From assembly GCA_963747235.1 (NCBI GenBank), contig CAVVEU010000006.1, forward strand, positions 1-39,480: DNA of 39,480 bases, given 5' to 3'. The stretch is from an uncultured Candidatus Rokubacteria bacterium (GTDB lineage: Bacteria > Methylomirabilota > Methylomirabilia > Rokubacteriales > CSP1-6). The notes under the pieces were generated by a model. The model was not told the origin of the DNA. It was given only the letters and a program-made list of their open reading frames with translations, and did no database searches. Positions 1-11,165 of the stretch are shown here, one piece after another (position 1 is the stretch's first letter; each line of letters starts with the position of its first letter). Made by a program: the position numbers and the translations under genes.

Positions 1-2
1 AA

Positions 3-78
3 TGGTGGGCTGGGACGGGATTGAACCGCCGACACCAGGATTTTCAGTCCTGTGCTCTACCAACTGAGCTACCAGCCC
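3..78 (-). tRNA. tRNA-Phe (GAA)
   Basis: Reverse complement GGGCTGGTAGCTCAGTTGGTAGAGC-CAGGA CTGAAAA TCCTG-GGTTCAATCCC...CAGCCCACCA; 76 nt cloverleaf with encoded CCA. Confidence 0.97.
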
Positions 79-141
79 ACCACGAGTTTTCGAGGATAGC
101 AGAACGGGGTGGAAGTGTCTACGGAGACTGCGCGAAAACCG

Positions 142-179
142 CCCCTCACCCTGCCCTCTCCCCGGAGGGGAGAGGGTGA
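142..179. repeat. REP-like palindromic element, copy 1
   Basis: CCCCTCACCCTGCCCTCTCCCCggaGGGGAGAGGG hairpin; near-identical copy at 535-568. Confidence 0.8.
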
Positions 180-183
180 GACG

Positions 184-519
184 TCAGGCCTGGGGCTTGC
201 CGCGCTCGTCGAACTCGGCGCCGGTGTCGGACTCGAAGACGATGCGGTCGTCGTCGTCCACCGTGAAGGCCTCGTGGAGCACGAAGGGCACCTCGTGCGT
301 GACCAGGAAGCGCGTCAGCTTGGCCACCGCGACCGGGTGCGAGTCGAGGTGGAACGACAGCGCCAGGTCGCCGATCTCGTCGATGGCGAAGAAGGCCCAG
401 TTGCCGACCACGAGGGCTTCGGTCTCGGGCTCCCAGGTGATGCCGCCCTCGAACTCCTCGGAGCCCTGGGCCAGCTCGTAGATCTCCTGGAGCTTGGCGC
501 GGCGCTGGGCCTCGTCCAC
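184..519 (-). CDS. Hypothetical acidic protein (~111 aa)
   Basis: GTG at 519 after a GAGGG RBS-like motif; protein-like composition; the upstream ORF extension only translates the repeat. Confidence 0.7.
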   Translation of the reverse strand: MDEAQRRAKLQEIYELAQGSEEFEGGITWEPETEALVVGNWAFFAIDEIGDLALSFHLDSHPVAVAKLTRFLVTHEVPFVLHEAFTVDDDDRIVFESDTGAEFDERGKPQA

Positions 520-534
520 TACGCCCTCACGAGC

Positions 535-568
535 CCCCTCACCCTGCCCTCTCCCCGAGGGGAGAGGG
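535..568. repeat. REP-like palindromic element, copy 2
   Basis: CCCCTCACCCTGCCCTCTCCCCgaGGGGAGAGGG directly after the aminotransferase stop. Confidence 0.8.
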
Positions 569-1902
<1,334 letters not shown>

Positions 1903-1906
<4 letters not shown>

Positions 1907-2794
1907 TTCTTCGGGCCTCCGGTACCGCGGGGTGATTCCATCGTGCGCAACAGCTCAAGCATGCCGATATGGGCCGGCAAAGGCAAGCCGTCCACGGTGG
2001 GCTCGGCCCGCCGGGTGAGGCCGTCCACCGCGCCCGCGTCCACGCAGGCGCGCACCATCGCCTCTTCCTCCTCGGCGGTGTGCAGCAGCGGCCGGCCGGC
2101 CAGCCGCGCCAGCTCGGCCACGACGCCGTAGGCGCCCCAGTTGGACACGCCCGCGACCACCAGGTGCCGCACCTTCACCACCGAGGCGATGGCGCGGAAC
2201 ACGGCGCCGGCGCGCGCCACGCGGGCGTGCACGGTGCCCATGCCGATCTCGTTGCCGCCGTCGCCGATGCCGATCGTGACGGTCCGCGCGGGCGCGGCCA
2301 GGAACAGCTCGTCGAGCGGGCCGTTCCACTCGGTGAGCGACTGGCCGCGCGCGCTGCGATACTCGCCGTCGCGCGCGCGGCCCGGCCGCTCGATGGCGAC
2401 CAGGTGCGTGGGCTTGTGCTCGGCCAGGAGCCGGCGCGCGGCCGCGCGCGCGGCGCCGGGCTGCGGGCCCGCCGCCCGCGGCGTGCGGCACGTGGAAGGT
2501 CAGCACCGCGGCGGGCTCGCCCAGGACCTTCAGCGAGGCCTGGAGCGGCGGCAGCGCCACCGCGTCGGTGACGTAGGTGACCTCCGCGCCCAGCGCGCGG
2601 AGCGCGCGGCCGAGGCAGGCGGCGCCGGGCGGCCCGTCGGTCTCGGGCAGGCCGGGGCCCACCATGAAGCCCGTGGTCAGCAGCACGCGCCGGCTCCTTC
2701 GCAGGGCCTGGGCCGCCGCGGTGGCGCCGCCGCGCACGAAGAACGCGGCGATGCCCCGGCCGCCGGGGTCCAGGGCCATGAGCTGGTCGATCAT
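1903..2794 (-). CDS. D-glutamate cyclase family (DUF4392) protein; +1 frameshift near 2470
   Basis: TTGF...PETDGPPGA in one frame; IERPGRA, IGIGDGGNEIGMG and GVSNWG in the next frame. Confidence 0.82.
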
Positions 2795-2808
2795 CCGACG
2801 CCTGGCAT

Positions 2809-3337
2809 CTAGCGCCTGGGCGCGGCGGGAGCCGGAGCCGGCCGGCGCCGGCCGGTCGGGCTGCGGCGGCGTGAAGGTCATCAGCACCGTGTCGGTCCCG
2901 TCCTTGGTGAAGATGACGACGAGGCCGGACTTGTAGAAGAAGGTCTCCTGCTCGTTCTGGCTGCCGATGGCGTCGGGCGGGCCCCAGGCCTGCGCGACGG
3001 TGTTCTTGGCGAAGATCTTGGGCTTGGGCTCGAGCCGGAAGGCGCGCACCACCGTCTGCTTGTAGCCCTGCGGCGTGAGCAGGCCGTAGTCCACGGTCAG
3101 GCGCTGGATGCCGCCCGGCGCGCGCGCGTCCTCGAAGACCCACTGGATGGTGTCGTGGCCCTCCACCTTGGCGCGCGTCTCCTTGCTGGGCGCGCCGTAG
3201 CGCGCGCGCACCTGCTCGATGGTGGTGACGCCGGGCTCGATGCCGCCCCACTCCTCGGCCGAGGCGCCCGCCGGGCCCACGAGCAGCGCGGCCGCCGCGA
3301 GCCCGGCCAGGAGCGCGCGCGCGATCCCGGGGGCCAT
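2809..3337 (-). CDS. Exported hypothetical protein; +1 frameshift near the 3' end
   Basis: Signal peptide MAPGIARALLAGLAAAALLVGPAGASA; two YGAP/WGPP-type repeats; TAG at 2809-2811 is one base out of frame. Confidence 0.7.
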
Positions 3338-4932
3338 CAGAAGCCGATCGCGGCGCCGTCGCCGCGGGGATCCGCGCCGCCGCGCAGCGTGCCGTTGGTG
3401 AGCGTGATGCCGTGGGCGTGGCCCATGCGCATGAAGAAGTCGGAGACGGGCGTGACGTTGTGGCCCAGGCGGCCGAGCGCCTCCCGGGTGGCCGCGGGCA
3501 CCCGGCTCTCGATCCGCACCTGGTCCGCGACGTCGCCCAGATCGATGGGCCCGGCCACGAAGCGCGGCCGCTCGATGGCCTCCTGGATCTCCAGGCCGTA
3601 GTCGAGCACGTTGGTGAGCGACTGGACGTGGAACATCGCCTGCCCGTCGCCGCCCATGTTCGAGTAGCCCAGCACCGGCTCGTCGCCCTTCGTGACCACG
3701 CAGGCGATCAGGGTGTGGAACGGCCGCTTGCCGGGGGCGAAGCAGTTGGGATGCGTGGGATCGGTATTGAAGTAGGCGCCGCGGTTCTGCAGCACCACGC
3801 CGGTGTCCGGCGCGACCACGACCGAGCCGAACGATTTGTAGAGGCTCTGGATGACGCTCATGATGTTGCCGCGGCCGTCGGCCACCACGAAGCCGGTGGT
3901 GTCGCCGTCGATCGGGCACCAGCAATGGTCCTGGGCGCGGGCCGGGTCGAAGGCCTGCCGCCGCTTCTCCGCGAAGCGCTTGCTCAGCAGCGCCTCCACC
4001 GGCACGCGCTCGTGCGCCGGATCGGCGATCCAGCGGTTGCGGTCGGCGTAGGCCAGCTTGCTCATCTCGATCAGCAGGTGCAGATGCTCGGGCGAGTGGA
4101 TCTCGTAGCGCGTGAGATCGAAGCCCTCGAGCAGGTTCAGCGTCAGCAGCGCGGCCAGGCCCTGCGTGGGCGGCGGCGTCTCGTACACCGTGTAGCCGCG
4201 ATAGGTGGACGAGATCGGCTCGCCCCACTCGCCCTCGTGCGCGGCCAGGTCCTCCGCGGTGAGGAAGCCCTCGCGGGCCATGCGTTGCGCGATCGCGCGC
4301 GCGACGCGCCCCTTGTAGAAGAGCTCGGGCTCGCCGCCCAGCTCGGTGAGCGTGCGCGCGAGATCGGGCTGGCGGAAGCAGTCGCCGGTCTGCGGGAACT
4401 TGCCGCCGGGCACGAAGACGCGATGCCACTCCGCATCATCGGCGGCGGGCGCCTTCTCGCGGATGGCCTGCGCGACCACGTCGGAGAGCGGGAAGCCCTC
4501 GCCCGCGTAGTGGATCGCCGGCTCGAGCAGCGAGGCCAGCGGGCGCGTGCCGAAGCGATCGAGCAGCATCCGCCAGCCGCGCGTCACGCCCGGCACCGAG
4601 ACCGAGCCCGGCCCCACGCCGGGCACCGCGGTGAGGCCGCGCCGGCCGAGCTCGTCGAGCGTGGCGCGCGCGCCCGAGCGGCCCGCGCCGCTCAGGAAGT
4701 GCACGCGCTTCGTGGCCGCCTCGTGGTAGAGGCAGAAGATGTCGCCGCCCACGCCGCAGAAGTTGGGCTGGGTGACCGCGAGCACCGCATTGGTGGCGAT
4801 GGCGGCGTCCACCACGTTGCCGCCCGACTTCAGCACGTCCACGCCGGCCAGCGCGGCGAGCGGGTGACACGCGGCCACCATGCCGCGCCGGCCCATGGGC
4901 GCCTGACGATGCGCGTAACCGATCTGGGGCAT
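3337..4932 (-). CDS. ggt: Gamma-glutamyltransferase family (cytoplasmic, YwrD-like)
   Basis: GGNVVDAAIA, GVGGDIF, GD/TT autoproteolysis Thr, PGKRPFHT, GADPRGDG; no signal peptide. Confidence 0.92.
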   Translation of the reverse strand: MPQIGYAHRQAPMGRRGMVAACHPLAALAGVDVLKSGGNVVDAAIATNAVLAVTQPNFCGVGGDIFCLYHEAATKRVHFLSGAGRSGARATLDELGRRGLTAVPGVGPGSVSVPGVTRGWRMLLDRFGTRPLASLLEPAIHYAGEGFPLSDVVAQAIREKAPAADDAEWHRVFVPGGKFPQTGDCFRQPDLARTLTELGGEPELFYKGRVARAIAQRMAREGFLTAEDLAAHEGEWGEPISSTYRGYTVYETPPPTQGLAALLTLNLLEGFDLTRYEIHSPEHLHLLIEMSKLAYADRNRWIADPAHERVPVEALLSKRFAEKRRQAFDPARAQDHCWCPIDGDTTGFVVADGRGNIMSVIQSLYKSFGSVVVAPDTGVVLQNRGAYFNTDPTHPNCFAPGKRPFHTLIACVVTKGDEPVLGYSNMGGDGQAMFHVQSLTNVLDYGLEIQEAIERPRFVAGPIDLGDVADQVRIESRVPAATREALGRLGHNVTPVSDFFMRMGHAHGITLTNGTLRGGADPRGDGAAIGF

Positions 4933-4933
4933 C

Positions 4934-5953
4934 CTAGCCCTCCGAGAAGATGCGGGTGATCTGATCCTGGGGGAACGTGGGCATGGGGCGCGCGTGGCCC
5001 CCGGTCGCGAGGCTCACGCCCTGCGAGGCTTCCGTGACGCGGCCGATCGGCGCGCAGTCCACGCCGACGCCGCGACAGGCCGCGATCACGCTCGCGGCGT
5101 CGGCCGGATCCACCGCGAGCAGCAGCGAGCCCGACGCGATCGTGCCGAGCGGGTCGAGGCCGAAGGCCTCGCAGAGCACGCGGCCCTCGCGCAGCACCGG
5201 GATGCGCTCGCGGTCCACGTGGAGCCCCACGTCGGCGGCCTGGGCCAGCTCCCAGCACGCGGTGGCCACGCCGCCCTCGGTCGGGTCGTGCATGGCGTGC
5301 ACGCGCGCGGCGGCGCAGGCCGCGCGCGCCTCCGGCACCACGCTGATCCCGGGGTTGCGCAGGAAATCGCGCGCGCGCTTCACCACGTCGGCGGGCACCC
5401 CGCGCCGCTCGGCCTCGGCCGCGCGCTCGCGCGCGATGATCGCCGCGCCCTCGAGCGGCACGCCCTTGGTGAGGAGCAGCACGTCGCCGGGGCGCGCGCC
5501 GCCGGTGGTCACCAGGCGGTCCTTCTCGACCTCGCCCAGCATGCAGCCGGAGACGATCGGGCGCGGCAGCCCTGCCGTCACCTCGGTGTGGCCGCCGATC
5601 AGCGAGACGCCCAGCTCCGCGCAGGCCTCACGCAGCTCGGTGAAGAGGCGCTCGACGCCGAGCTCGGTCGCGCCCCCCTCGGGCAGCAGCACGGTGGCGA
5701 GAAACCAGAGCGGCCGGGCGCCGCGCACCGCGAGGTCGTTGGCGTTGACGTGCAGCGCGTACCAGCCGAGCTCGTCCGTCGCGAACGTGATGGGATCGGT
5801 GGTCGCGACCAGGTAGCGATCGCCGATGTCGAGCACGGCCGCGTCCTCGCCGACCTGCGGCCCCACGACCACGCGCGGGTCGTCGGAGACGTGCGCGCTC
5901 AGCAGGCGCTGGAGGAGCTGCGGCGGCAGCTTGCCGACCGGGAGGGCTGGCAT
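4934..5953 (-). CDS. AIR synthase-related (PurM/HypE fold) protein
   Basis: GEDAAV, TDPIT, NANDLA, GGHTEV, MHDPTEGG; lacks the HypE C-terminal PRxC. Confidence 0.85.
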   Translation of the reverse strand: MPALPVGKLPPQLLQRLLSAHVSDDPRVVVGPQVGEDAAVLDIGDRYLVATTDPITFATDELGWYALHVNANDLAVRGARPLWFLATVLLPEGGATELGVERLFTELREACAELGVSLIGGHTEVTAGLPRPIVSGCMLGEVEKDRLVTTGGARPGDVLLLTKGVPLEGAAIIARERAAEAERRGVPADVVKRARDFLRNPGISVVPEARAACAAARVHAMHDPTEGGVATACWELAQAADVGLHVDRERIPVLREGRVLCEAFGLDPLGTIASGSLLLAVDPADAASVIAACRGVGVDCAPIGRVTEASQGVSLATGGHARPMPTFPQDQITRIFSEG

Positions 5954-5962
5954 GGCTCACGT

Positions 5963-5968
5963 AGTATA
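5963..5968 (-). promoter_or_regulatory. Putative -10 element (TATACT) of the AIR-synthase-like/ggt operon
   Basis: TATACT in an AT-rich patch, 9 nt before the ATG; no SD. Confidence 0.45.
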
Positions 5969-6028
5969 TAGCAGTAATTTCACTAGGATGGCCCCCTCGG
6001 AGCGGGCCGCCCGGGAGCCGATGGACAG

Positions 6029-7453
6029 CTAGAAGAGCGGGCCGGCGGCGCGCAGGGCGGCCACGACCAGCGGCTTCGGATAGAGCCCGGTGATCACGAC
6101 ACCCAGCGCGCAGAGGAAGATGCAGAAGGAGAGCAGCGGCGCGACCGGAATCGGATCGCGCCGCTCGGGCGCGTCGATGTACATGCTCTTGGCGATCAGG
6201 AGGTAGTAGAAGAGGGCCACCACGGTCAGCACCGCGCCCACCAGCACTAACCAGTAAAGCCCCTGCTCCGCCGCCGCCCAGAAGACGTAGAGCTTCGCCC
6301 AGAAACCGGCTACGAACGGAATGCCCCCCAGCGACAGCAGGAAGAGCAGCATGCAGAGGGCGAGGATCGGCGAGCGCTGGGCGAGGCCGCGATAGGCCGC
6401 GATGGACTCCGAGCCCTCGGCCTGGGCCACGGCTTCCACCACCAGGAATGCGCCCATGTTCCCGAATAGATAGGCCACCAGGTAGAAGAGCATCATGGCG
6501 ACGCCATTGGCCGAGACGGCGGCGAACCCGATCAGCATGTAGCCGATGTGGGCCACGCCCGAGTAGGCCAGCAGCCGCTTGATGTTCTGCTGCGGGATCG
6601 CCATCAGGTTGCCGCCGATGATGGTGACGGTGGCGAGGCCGGCGGCCGCGGGCACCCAGAAGAGCACGCGATCGCCCATGCCTTCGAGATAGAGCCGGAA
6701 GATCACCACGAAGCCGGCCGCCTTGGGCGCCACCGAGAGCCACGCCACGAAGGGCGTGCTGGCGGCCTCGTAGGTGTCGGGCACCCACATGTGGAACGGG
6801 AACGCGGCGATCTTGAACCCCAGCCCGCCCAGGGCCAGCAGCATGCCGAGCAGCATCATCGGGTGCCCCGTCGACATGGCGGCCGCGATCCCGCGCACGT
6901 CGGTGGTGCCGGCGACCCCGTAGATGAACGACAGGCCGTAGGCCAGCACGGCCGAGGAGACCGTGCCCATCAGGAAGAACTTCAGCGCCGCCTCCACCGC
7001 TTCCGGCTCGCGCTTCAGGAAGCCGGCCAGGTAGTAGAGCGGGATGGACATCAGCTCGAACGCCACGAAGAGCAGGATCAGGTCGCGGGCCGAGGCCAGG
7101 ATCAGCATGCCCAGCAACGAGGCCAGGATGGCCAGGTAGTACTCGGTGGCCCGCCGGGCGAAGGCGACGGCCTTCAGCGGGAGCGAGGCGAGCACGCCGA
7201 TCAGGGTGGCCAGGAGGAAGAGGCGCTTGGCGAAGAGCGCCAGCTCGTCCTGCACCAGGGCGCCCCGGAACATCTCGGTGCCCCCCTCGGCCCGCCAGGC
7301 GAGGCCGAACAGGATCACGAGGCCGATCGCGCTGAGCACGCCCACCCGGCGCTTGTCCTCGGAGGGCATGAAGAGGCCCACGAAGAACACCACCAGCATC
7401 AGCACGGCCAGGCCGAGCTCGAGGCCCAGGGGGCCGCCCACCGTGATCCCCAT
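6029..7453 (-). CDS. nuoN: NADH-quinone oxidoreductase subunit N
   Basis: FELMSIPLY, EAALKFF, FKIAAFPFHMWVPDTYE, KRLLAYS; ATG overlaps the nuoM TGA. Confidence 0.94.
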   Translation of the reverse strand: MGITVGGPLGLELGLAVLMLVVFFVGLFMPSEDKRRVGVLSAIGLVILFGLAWRAEGGTEMFRGALVQDELALFAKRLFLLATLIGVLASLPLKAVAFARRATEYYLAILASLLGMLILASARDLILLFVAFELMSIPLYYLAGFLKREPEAVEAALKFFLMGTVSSAVLAYGLSFIYGVAGTTDVRGIAAAMSTGHPMMLLGMLLALGGLGFKIAAFPFHMWVPDTYEAASTPFVAWLSVAPKAAGFVVIFRLYLEGMGDRVLFWVPAAAGLATVTIIGGNLMAIPQQNIKRLLAYSGVAHIGYMLIGFAAVSANGVAMMLFYLVAYLFGNMGAFLVVEAVAQAEGSESIAAYRGLAQRSPILALCMLLFLLSLGGIPFVAGFWAKLYVFWAAAEQGLYWLVLVGAVLTVVALFYYLLIAKSMYIDAPERRDPIPVAPLLSFCIFLCALGVVITGLYPKPLVVAALRAAGPLF

Positions 7454-8991
7454 CACTGGAGCACCCACAGCCGGTTCAGGAGCGGCATCGTGGCGGTATC
7501 CACCGGGCCCAGGGCCAGCGAGGGCCACACCCCGAAGAGCACGATCGTGGCGACCAGGATCCAGAGCGCGGCCCACTCGGGCCCGCGCGCGTCCGGCAGG
7601 TTCAGGAAGTGCGGATCGGTGGACGGCGGGCCCCAGAAGATCTGCTTGGTCACCCGCAGCACGTAGATGGACGTCAGATACGCGCCGAGCACGCCCGGGA
7701 AGAGCCACCAGGCGTACGACGACTGCCAGGCGCCCAGGAACGTGAGCAGCTCGGCCACGAAGCCCGCGGTCGCGGGCAGCCCGAGCGAGGACAGGCCGGC
7801 GATGGTGAAGGCGGTGGCGATGCCCGGCATCATCCGGCCGAAGCCGCTCATCTTGAAGATCTCGCGCGAGTGGGACTTCTCGTAGACGAGGCCGACCAGG
7901 GCGAAGAAGAGCCCGGTCATGATGCCGTGGGCGAACATCTGGAACACCGAGCCGTTCAGCCCGACCTCCGTGAGCGTGGCCATGCCCAGCATCACCACGC
8001 CCATGTGGGAGACCGAGGAGTACGCGATGACGTACTTGAGATCGGTCTGGGCCATGGCCGAGAAGGCGCCGTACACGATGTTGACGCAGGCGATGGTGCC
8101 CACCAGCCAGGACCACTGCAGCGTCCCGTCCGGCAGCAGCCCCATGCCGAGGCGGACGACCCCGTAGGCGCCGAGCTTCATCAGCACGCCGGCGTGCAGC
8201 ATGGAGACCGCGGTCGGCGCGGAGGCGTGCCCGTCGGGCGACCAGGTGTGGAGCGGCCAGATGCCGGCCAGGATGCCGAAGCCCACGTAGAAGGCGAGGA
8301 AGACCCAGGACTGCAGCTTCGGGTCGAACTGGGTCAGCTCCATCTCGAGGAACGAGAAGGAGGACGAGTCGCCCGCCACGTAGAGGGCGAGGATACCCAC
8401 CAGGATGAAGGCCGACCCGAAGAGCAGGTACAGGGTCAGCTTCATCGCCGCGTACTCCTTGGTGCCCACCCCGGTGCGGCCGAAGGCCCAGCCGAAGATG
8501 CCCTGCGGGCGCACCTCGCCGCTCGAGCCCCAGATGCCGATCAGGAGGTACATCGGGAGCACCGCGATCTCGTAGAACAGGAAGAGCACGAAGAGATCGA
8601 GCGAGACGAAGACGCCGTAGACGCCGGTCACCAGGATCAGCAGCAGCGCGTAGAACTCCTGGCTGCGGACCTTCACGGTCCACGAGGCCCACGCGCCCGC
8701 GAAGATGATGATCGAGGTGAGCAGGATCATCAGCAGGCTCATGCCGTCCACGCCGAGCTGGTAGTTGATGCCGAGCGCGGGCACCAGCGGGAAGTCCTCG
8801 TAGAACTGGAAGCCCGCCGCCTCGCGGTCGTAGGCCACGTAGACCGCGACCGACAGCACGAGGGACACGCTCGTGGACACCACCGCGAGCCAGCGCACCA
8901 GCAGCGCGTGCCGGCGGGCCAGGAACATGATCAGGAGCGCCCCCACGAAGGGCGACCAGGTGATGATCGAGAGAACCGGGAAAGAAGCCAT
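7453..8991 (-). CDS. nuoM: NADH-quinone oxidoreductase subunit M
   Basis: LGVDGMS, FYEIAVLPMY, PLHTWSPDGH, LMKLGAYG, AYSSVSHMG. Confidence 0.94.
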   Translation of the reverse strand: MASFPVLSIITWSPFVGALLIMFLARRHALLVRWLAVVSTSVSLVLSVAVYVAYDREAAGFQFYEDFPLVPALGINYQLGVDGMSLLMILLTSIIIFAGAWASWTVKVRSQEFYALLLILVTGVYGVFVSLDLFVLFLFYEIAVLPMYLLIGIWGSSGEVRPQGIFGWAFGRTGVGTKEYAAMKLTLYLLFGSAFILVGILALYVAGDSSSFSFLEMELTQFDPKLQSWVFLAFYVGFGILAGIWPLHTWSPDGHASAPTAVSMLHAGVLMKLGAYGVVRLGMGLLPDGTLQWSWLVGTIACVNIVYGAFSAMAQTDLKYVIAYSSVSHMGVVMLGMATLTEVGLNGSVFQMFAHGIMTGLFFALVGLVYEKSHSREIFKMSGFGRMMPGIATAFTIAGLSSLGLPATAGFVAELLTFLGAWQSSYAWWLFPGVLGAYLTSIYVLRVTKQIFWGPPSTDPHFLNLPDARGPEWAALWILVATIVLFGVWPSLALGPVDTATMPLLNRLWVLQ

Positions 8992-8994
8992 GGG

Positions 8995-10854
8995 TTACTT
9001 CGGCCAGCGCATCCAGACCATGAGGAGCAGCACGCCCAGCGCGATCCCGTAGAGATAGTCCTGGGCCTGGCCGGTCTGGATGCGTCGCAGCCGGTCGCCC
9101 GCGGTGAGGGTCCAGGCGCTGAGCACGTTGAGGATGCCGTCCACGATGTAGCGATCCACCCAGCCGATGCTCCGCGAGACGCCCAGGATGATCCTCCGAT
9201 AGATCAGCGCGAACAGGTCGTCCAGCCAGAAGCGCTCCACGGCGGCCTCGCCGATCCACGAGAGCCGCGCGAAGAGCCGGTCCCCGCTGATCGCGCGCAG
9301 GCCGTAGACCAGCCAGGCGAACGCGATGCCGGCCACCGCGACCGCCACCGCCAGCGGCGTGAGCCAGGCCGGCGCGGCGAACCCCGCCTCGGGGTGCGAG
9401 ACCGAGAACCAGATGCCGATGGCCATCGCCAGCAGGGCCAGGATCCAGAGCGGCAGCGCCATGATCGCCGGCGCGTCGTGGGCGTGCGCTTCGCCGTGGC
9501 CGCCGTGGCCCGCCGGCGCAGTCGCCGGGGCGCCGAGGAAGGCGATGAACACCACGCGGAACATGTAGAACGCGGTGAGGAAGGCGGCCAGCACCAGCAT
9601 GGCGAAGGGCACCGTGAGCCCGCCTACCCAGGCCGCGCCCAGGATCTCCTCCTTGGAGAAGAAGCCCGCGAAGAACGGGATGCCCGCGAGCGACAGCGTG
9701 CCCACCAGGAACACGATGAAGGTCTGCGGCATGCGGCGGGCGAGTCCGCCCATCGCGTGGATGTCGTTGCTGCCGACCGCGTGGATGACCGCGCCCGCGG
9801 CCAGGAAGAGCAGCGCCTTGAAGACCCCGTGGGTCAGCAGGTGAAGGAAGCCCGCGCCCGCGAAGCCGGCCCCGATCGCGGCCATCATGTAGCCGAGCTG
9901 CGAGACGGTCGAGTAAGCCAGCACCCGCTTGATGTCCGACTGCACGCACGCCAGCGTGGCCGCGAGCAGCGCGGTGAAGGCGCCGATCCAGCCCACCGCG
10001 GCGAGCACGTCGGGCGTCTGCTGGAAGAGGAACGAGGTGCGGAAGAGCAGGTAGACACCCGCGGTCACCATGGTGGCGGCGTGGATGAGGGCCGAGACCG
10101 GGGTGGGGCCCTCCATCGCGTCGGGCAGCCAGACGTGGAACGGGAACTGGGCCGACTTGCCGGCGGCCCCCAGATAGATGAAGAACGTGACGAGGCCCAG
10201 GCCGGCCATCGCTTCCCCGCCGCCCTGGGCCAGCTCGAAGAGCTCGGAGAAATCGAAGGTGCCGGTGCGGCTCCAGAGCATCACGATGCCGATCAGGAAG
10301 AACGCGTCGCCCGCCTTGGTGATCCAGAAGGCCTTCACCGCCGCGCGCGCCGCCTCGGGCCGCGGGTACCAGTAGCCGATCAGGAGGTAGGAGCAGAGGC
10401 CCACCAGCTCCCAGCAGATGAAGAGCTGGACGAAGTTGGGGGCGAGCACGATCCCCATCATCGAGAACGCGAACAGCGACTGGTAGGTGTAGTACCGGCC
10501 GAGGGAGGCCGGCGGCTCGTCGGCAAGATAGCCGAGCGAGTAGACCTGGACCAGGAAGGACACCAGGGCCACCAGGATCAGCATCAAGGTGGCGTCGGCG
10601 TCCGCGAGCACGCCCACCGAGGTGAGCACGCCGTCCTCCACCGGGATCCAGTCCCAGAGCATCCGGCGCGCCACGTCCGGCACCGTCGCGCGCCACGCCG
10701 ACACCGCGCCCACCAGCGCGGCCAGCGAGACCATGATCGAGAGCCACGCGGCCGGCTTCCCGGAGCGGCGAAGCGGGACGACGAGGCTCAGGATGAGGAA
10801 GGCGAGGCCGGGGGCCAGCCAGGTCCAGAGCGCGAGGAAGCCGGAGACGGCCAT
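8995..10854 (-). CDS. nuoL: NADH-quinone oxidoreductase subunit L
   Basis: WELVGLCSYLLIG, GKSAQFPFHVWLPDAMEGPTPVSALIHAATMV, HGVFKALLF, IQTG. Confidence 0.95.
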   Translation of the reverse strand: MAVSGFLALWTWLAPGLAFLILSLVVPLRRSGKPAAWLSIMVSLAALVGAVSAWRATVPDVARRMLWDWIPVEDGVLTSVGVLADADATLMLILVALVSFLVQVYSLGYLADEPPASLGRYYTYQSLFAFSMMGIVLAPNFVQLFICWELVGLCSYLLIGYWYPRPEAARAAVKAFWITKAGDAFFLIGIVMLWSRTGTFDFSELFELAQGGGEAMAGLGLVTFFIYLGAAGKSAQFPFHVWLPDAMEGPTPVSALIHAATMVTAGVYLLFRTSFLFQQTPDVLAAVGWIGAFTALLAATLACVQSDIKRVLAYSTVSQLGYMMAAIGAGFAGAGFLHLLTHGVFKALLFLAAGAVIHAVGSNDIHAMGGLARRMPQTFIVFLVGTLSLAGIPFFAGFFSKEEILGAAWVGGLTVPFAMLVLAAFLTAFYMFRVVFIAFLGAPATAPAGHGGHGEAHAHDAPAIMALPLWILALLAMAIGIWFSVSHPEAGFAAPAWLTPLAVAVAVAGIAFAWLVYGLRAISGDRLFARLSWIGEAAVERFWLDDLFALIYRRIILGVSRSIGWVDRYIVDGILNVLSAWTLTAGDRLRRIQTGQAQDYLYGIALGVLLLMVWMRWPK

Positions 10855-10864
10855 GAGTCGGATG

Positions 10865-11164
10865 CTATCCCTTCAGCAGGTCCAGATGATCCGCCACCGC
10901 GGTGCGGCGGACGCGGAAGATCAGGATGACCAGAGCCAGACCCAGCGCGACCTCCGCCACCGTGATGCAGATGGTGAAGACGGTGAAGACCATGCCGGAG
11001 ACGTCGCCCAGGAAGCGGGCGAAGGCCACCAGGTTGATGTTCACCGCGTTCAGCATCAGCTCGATGCCGAGCAGGATGCCGATGGTGTTGCGCCGCGTGA
11101 TGACGCCGAAGAGGCCGATGCAGAAGAGCATCGCGGCGAGCGTGAGATAGGCCTGGAGCGTCAT
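10865..11164 (-). CDS. nuoK: NADH-quinone oxidoreductase subunit K
   Basis: RRN...IELMLNAVNIN, AEVALGLA; 99 aa. Confidence 0.95.
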   Translation of the reverse strand: MTLQAYLTLAAMLFCIGLFGVITRRNTIGILLGIELMLNAVNINLVAFARFLGDVSGMVFTVFTICITVAEVALGLALVILIFRVRRTAVADHLDLLKG

Positions 11165-11165
11165 C

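Noticed and set aside
1955-4429. Fusion of the exported protein to DUF4392 (824-aa ORF)
   Set aside because: An out-of-frame TAG at 2809-2811 just before the DUF4392 ATG indicates two genes joined by an indel.
6029-10929. Very long ORFs of 1572 aa and 1106 aa
   Set aside because: Off-frame or antisense shadows of nuoL/M/N caused by high GC; only the nuoN part is real.
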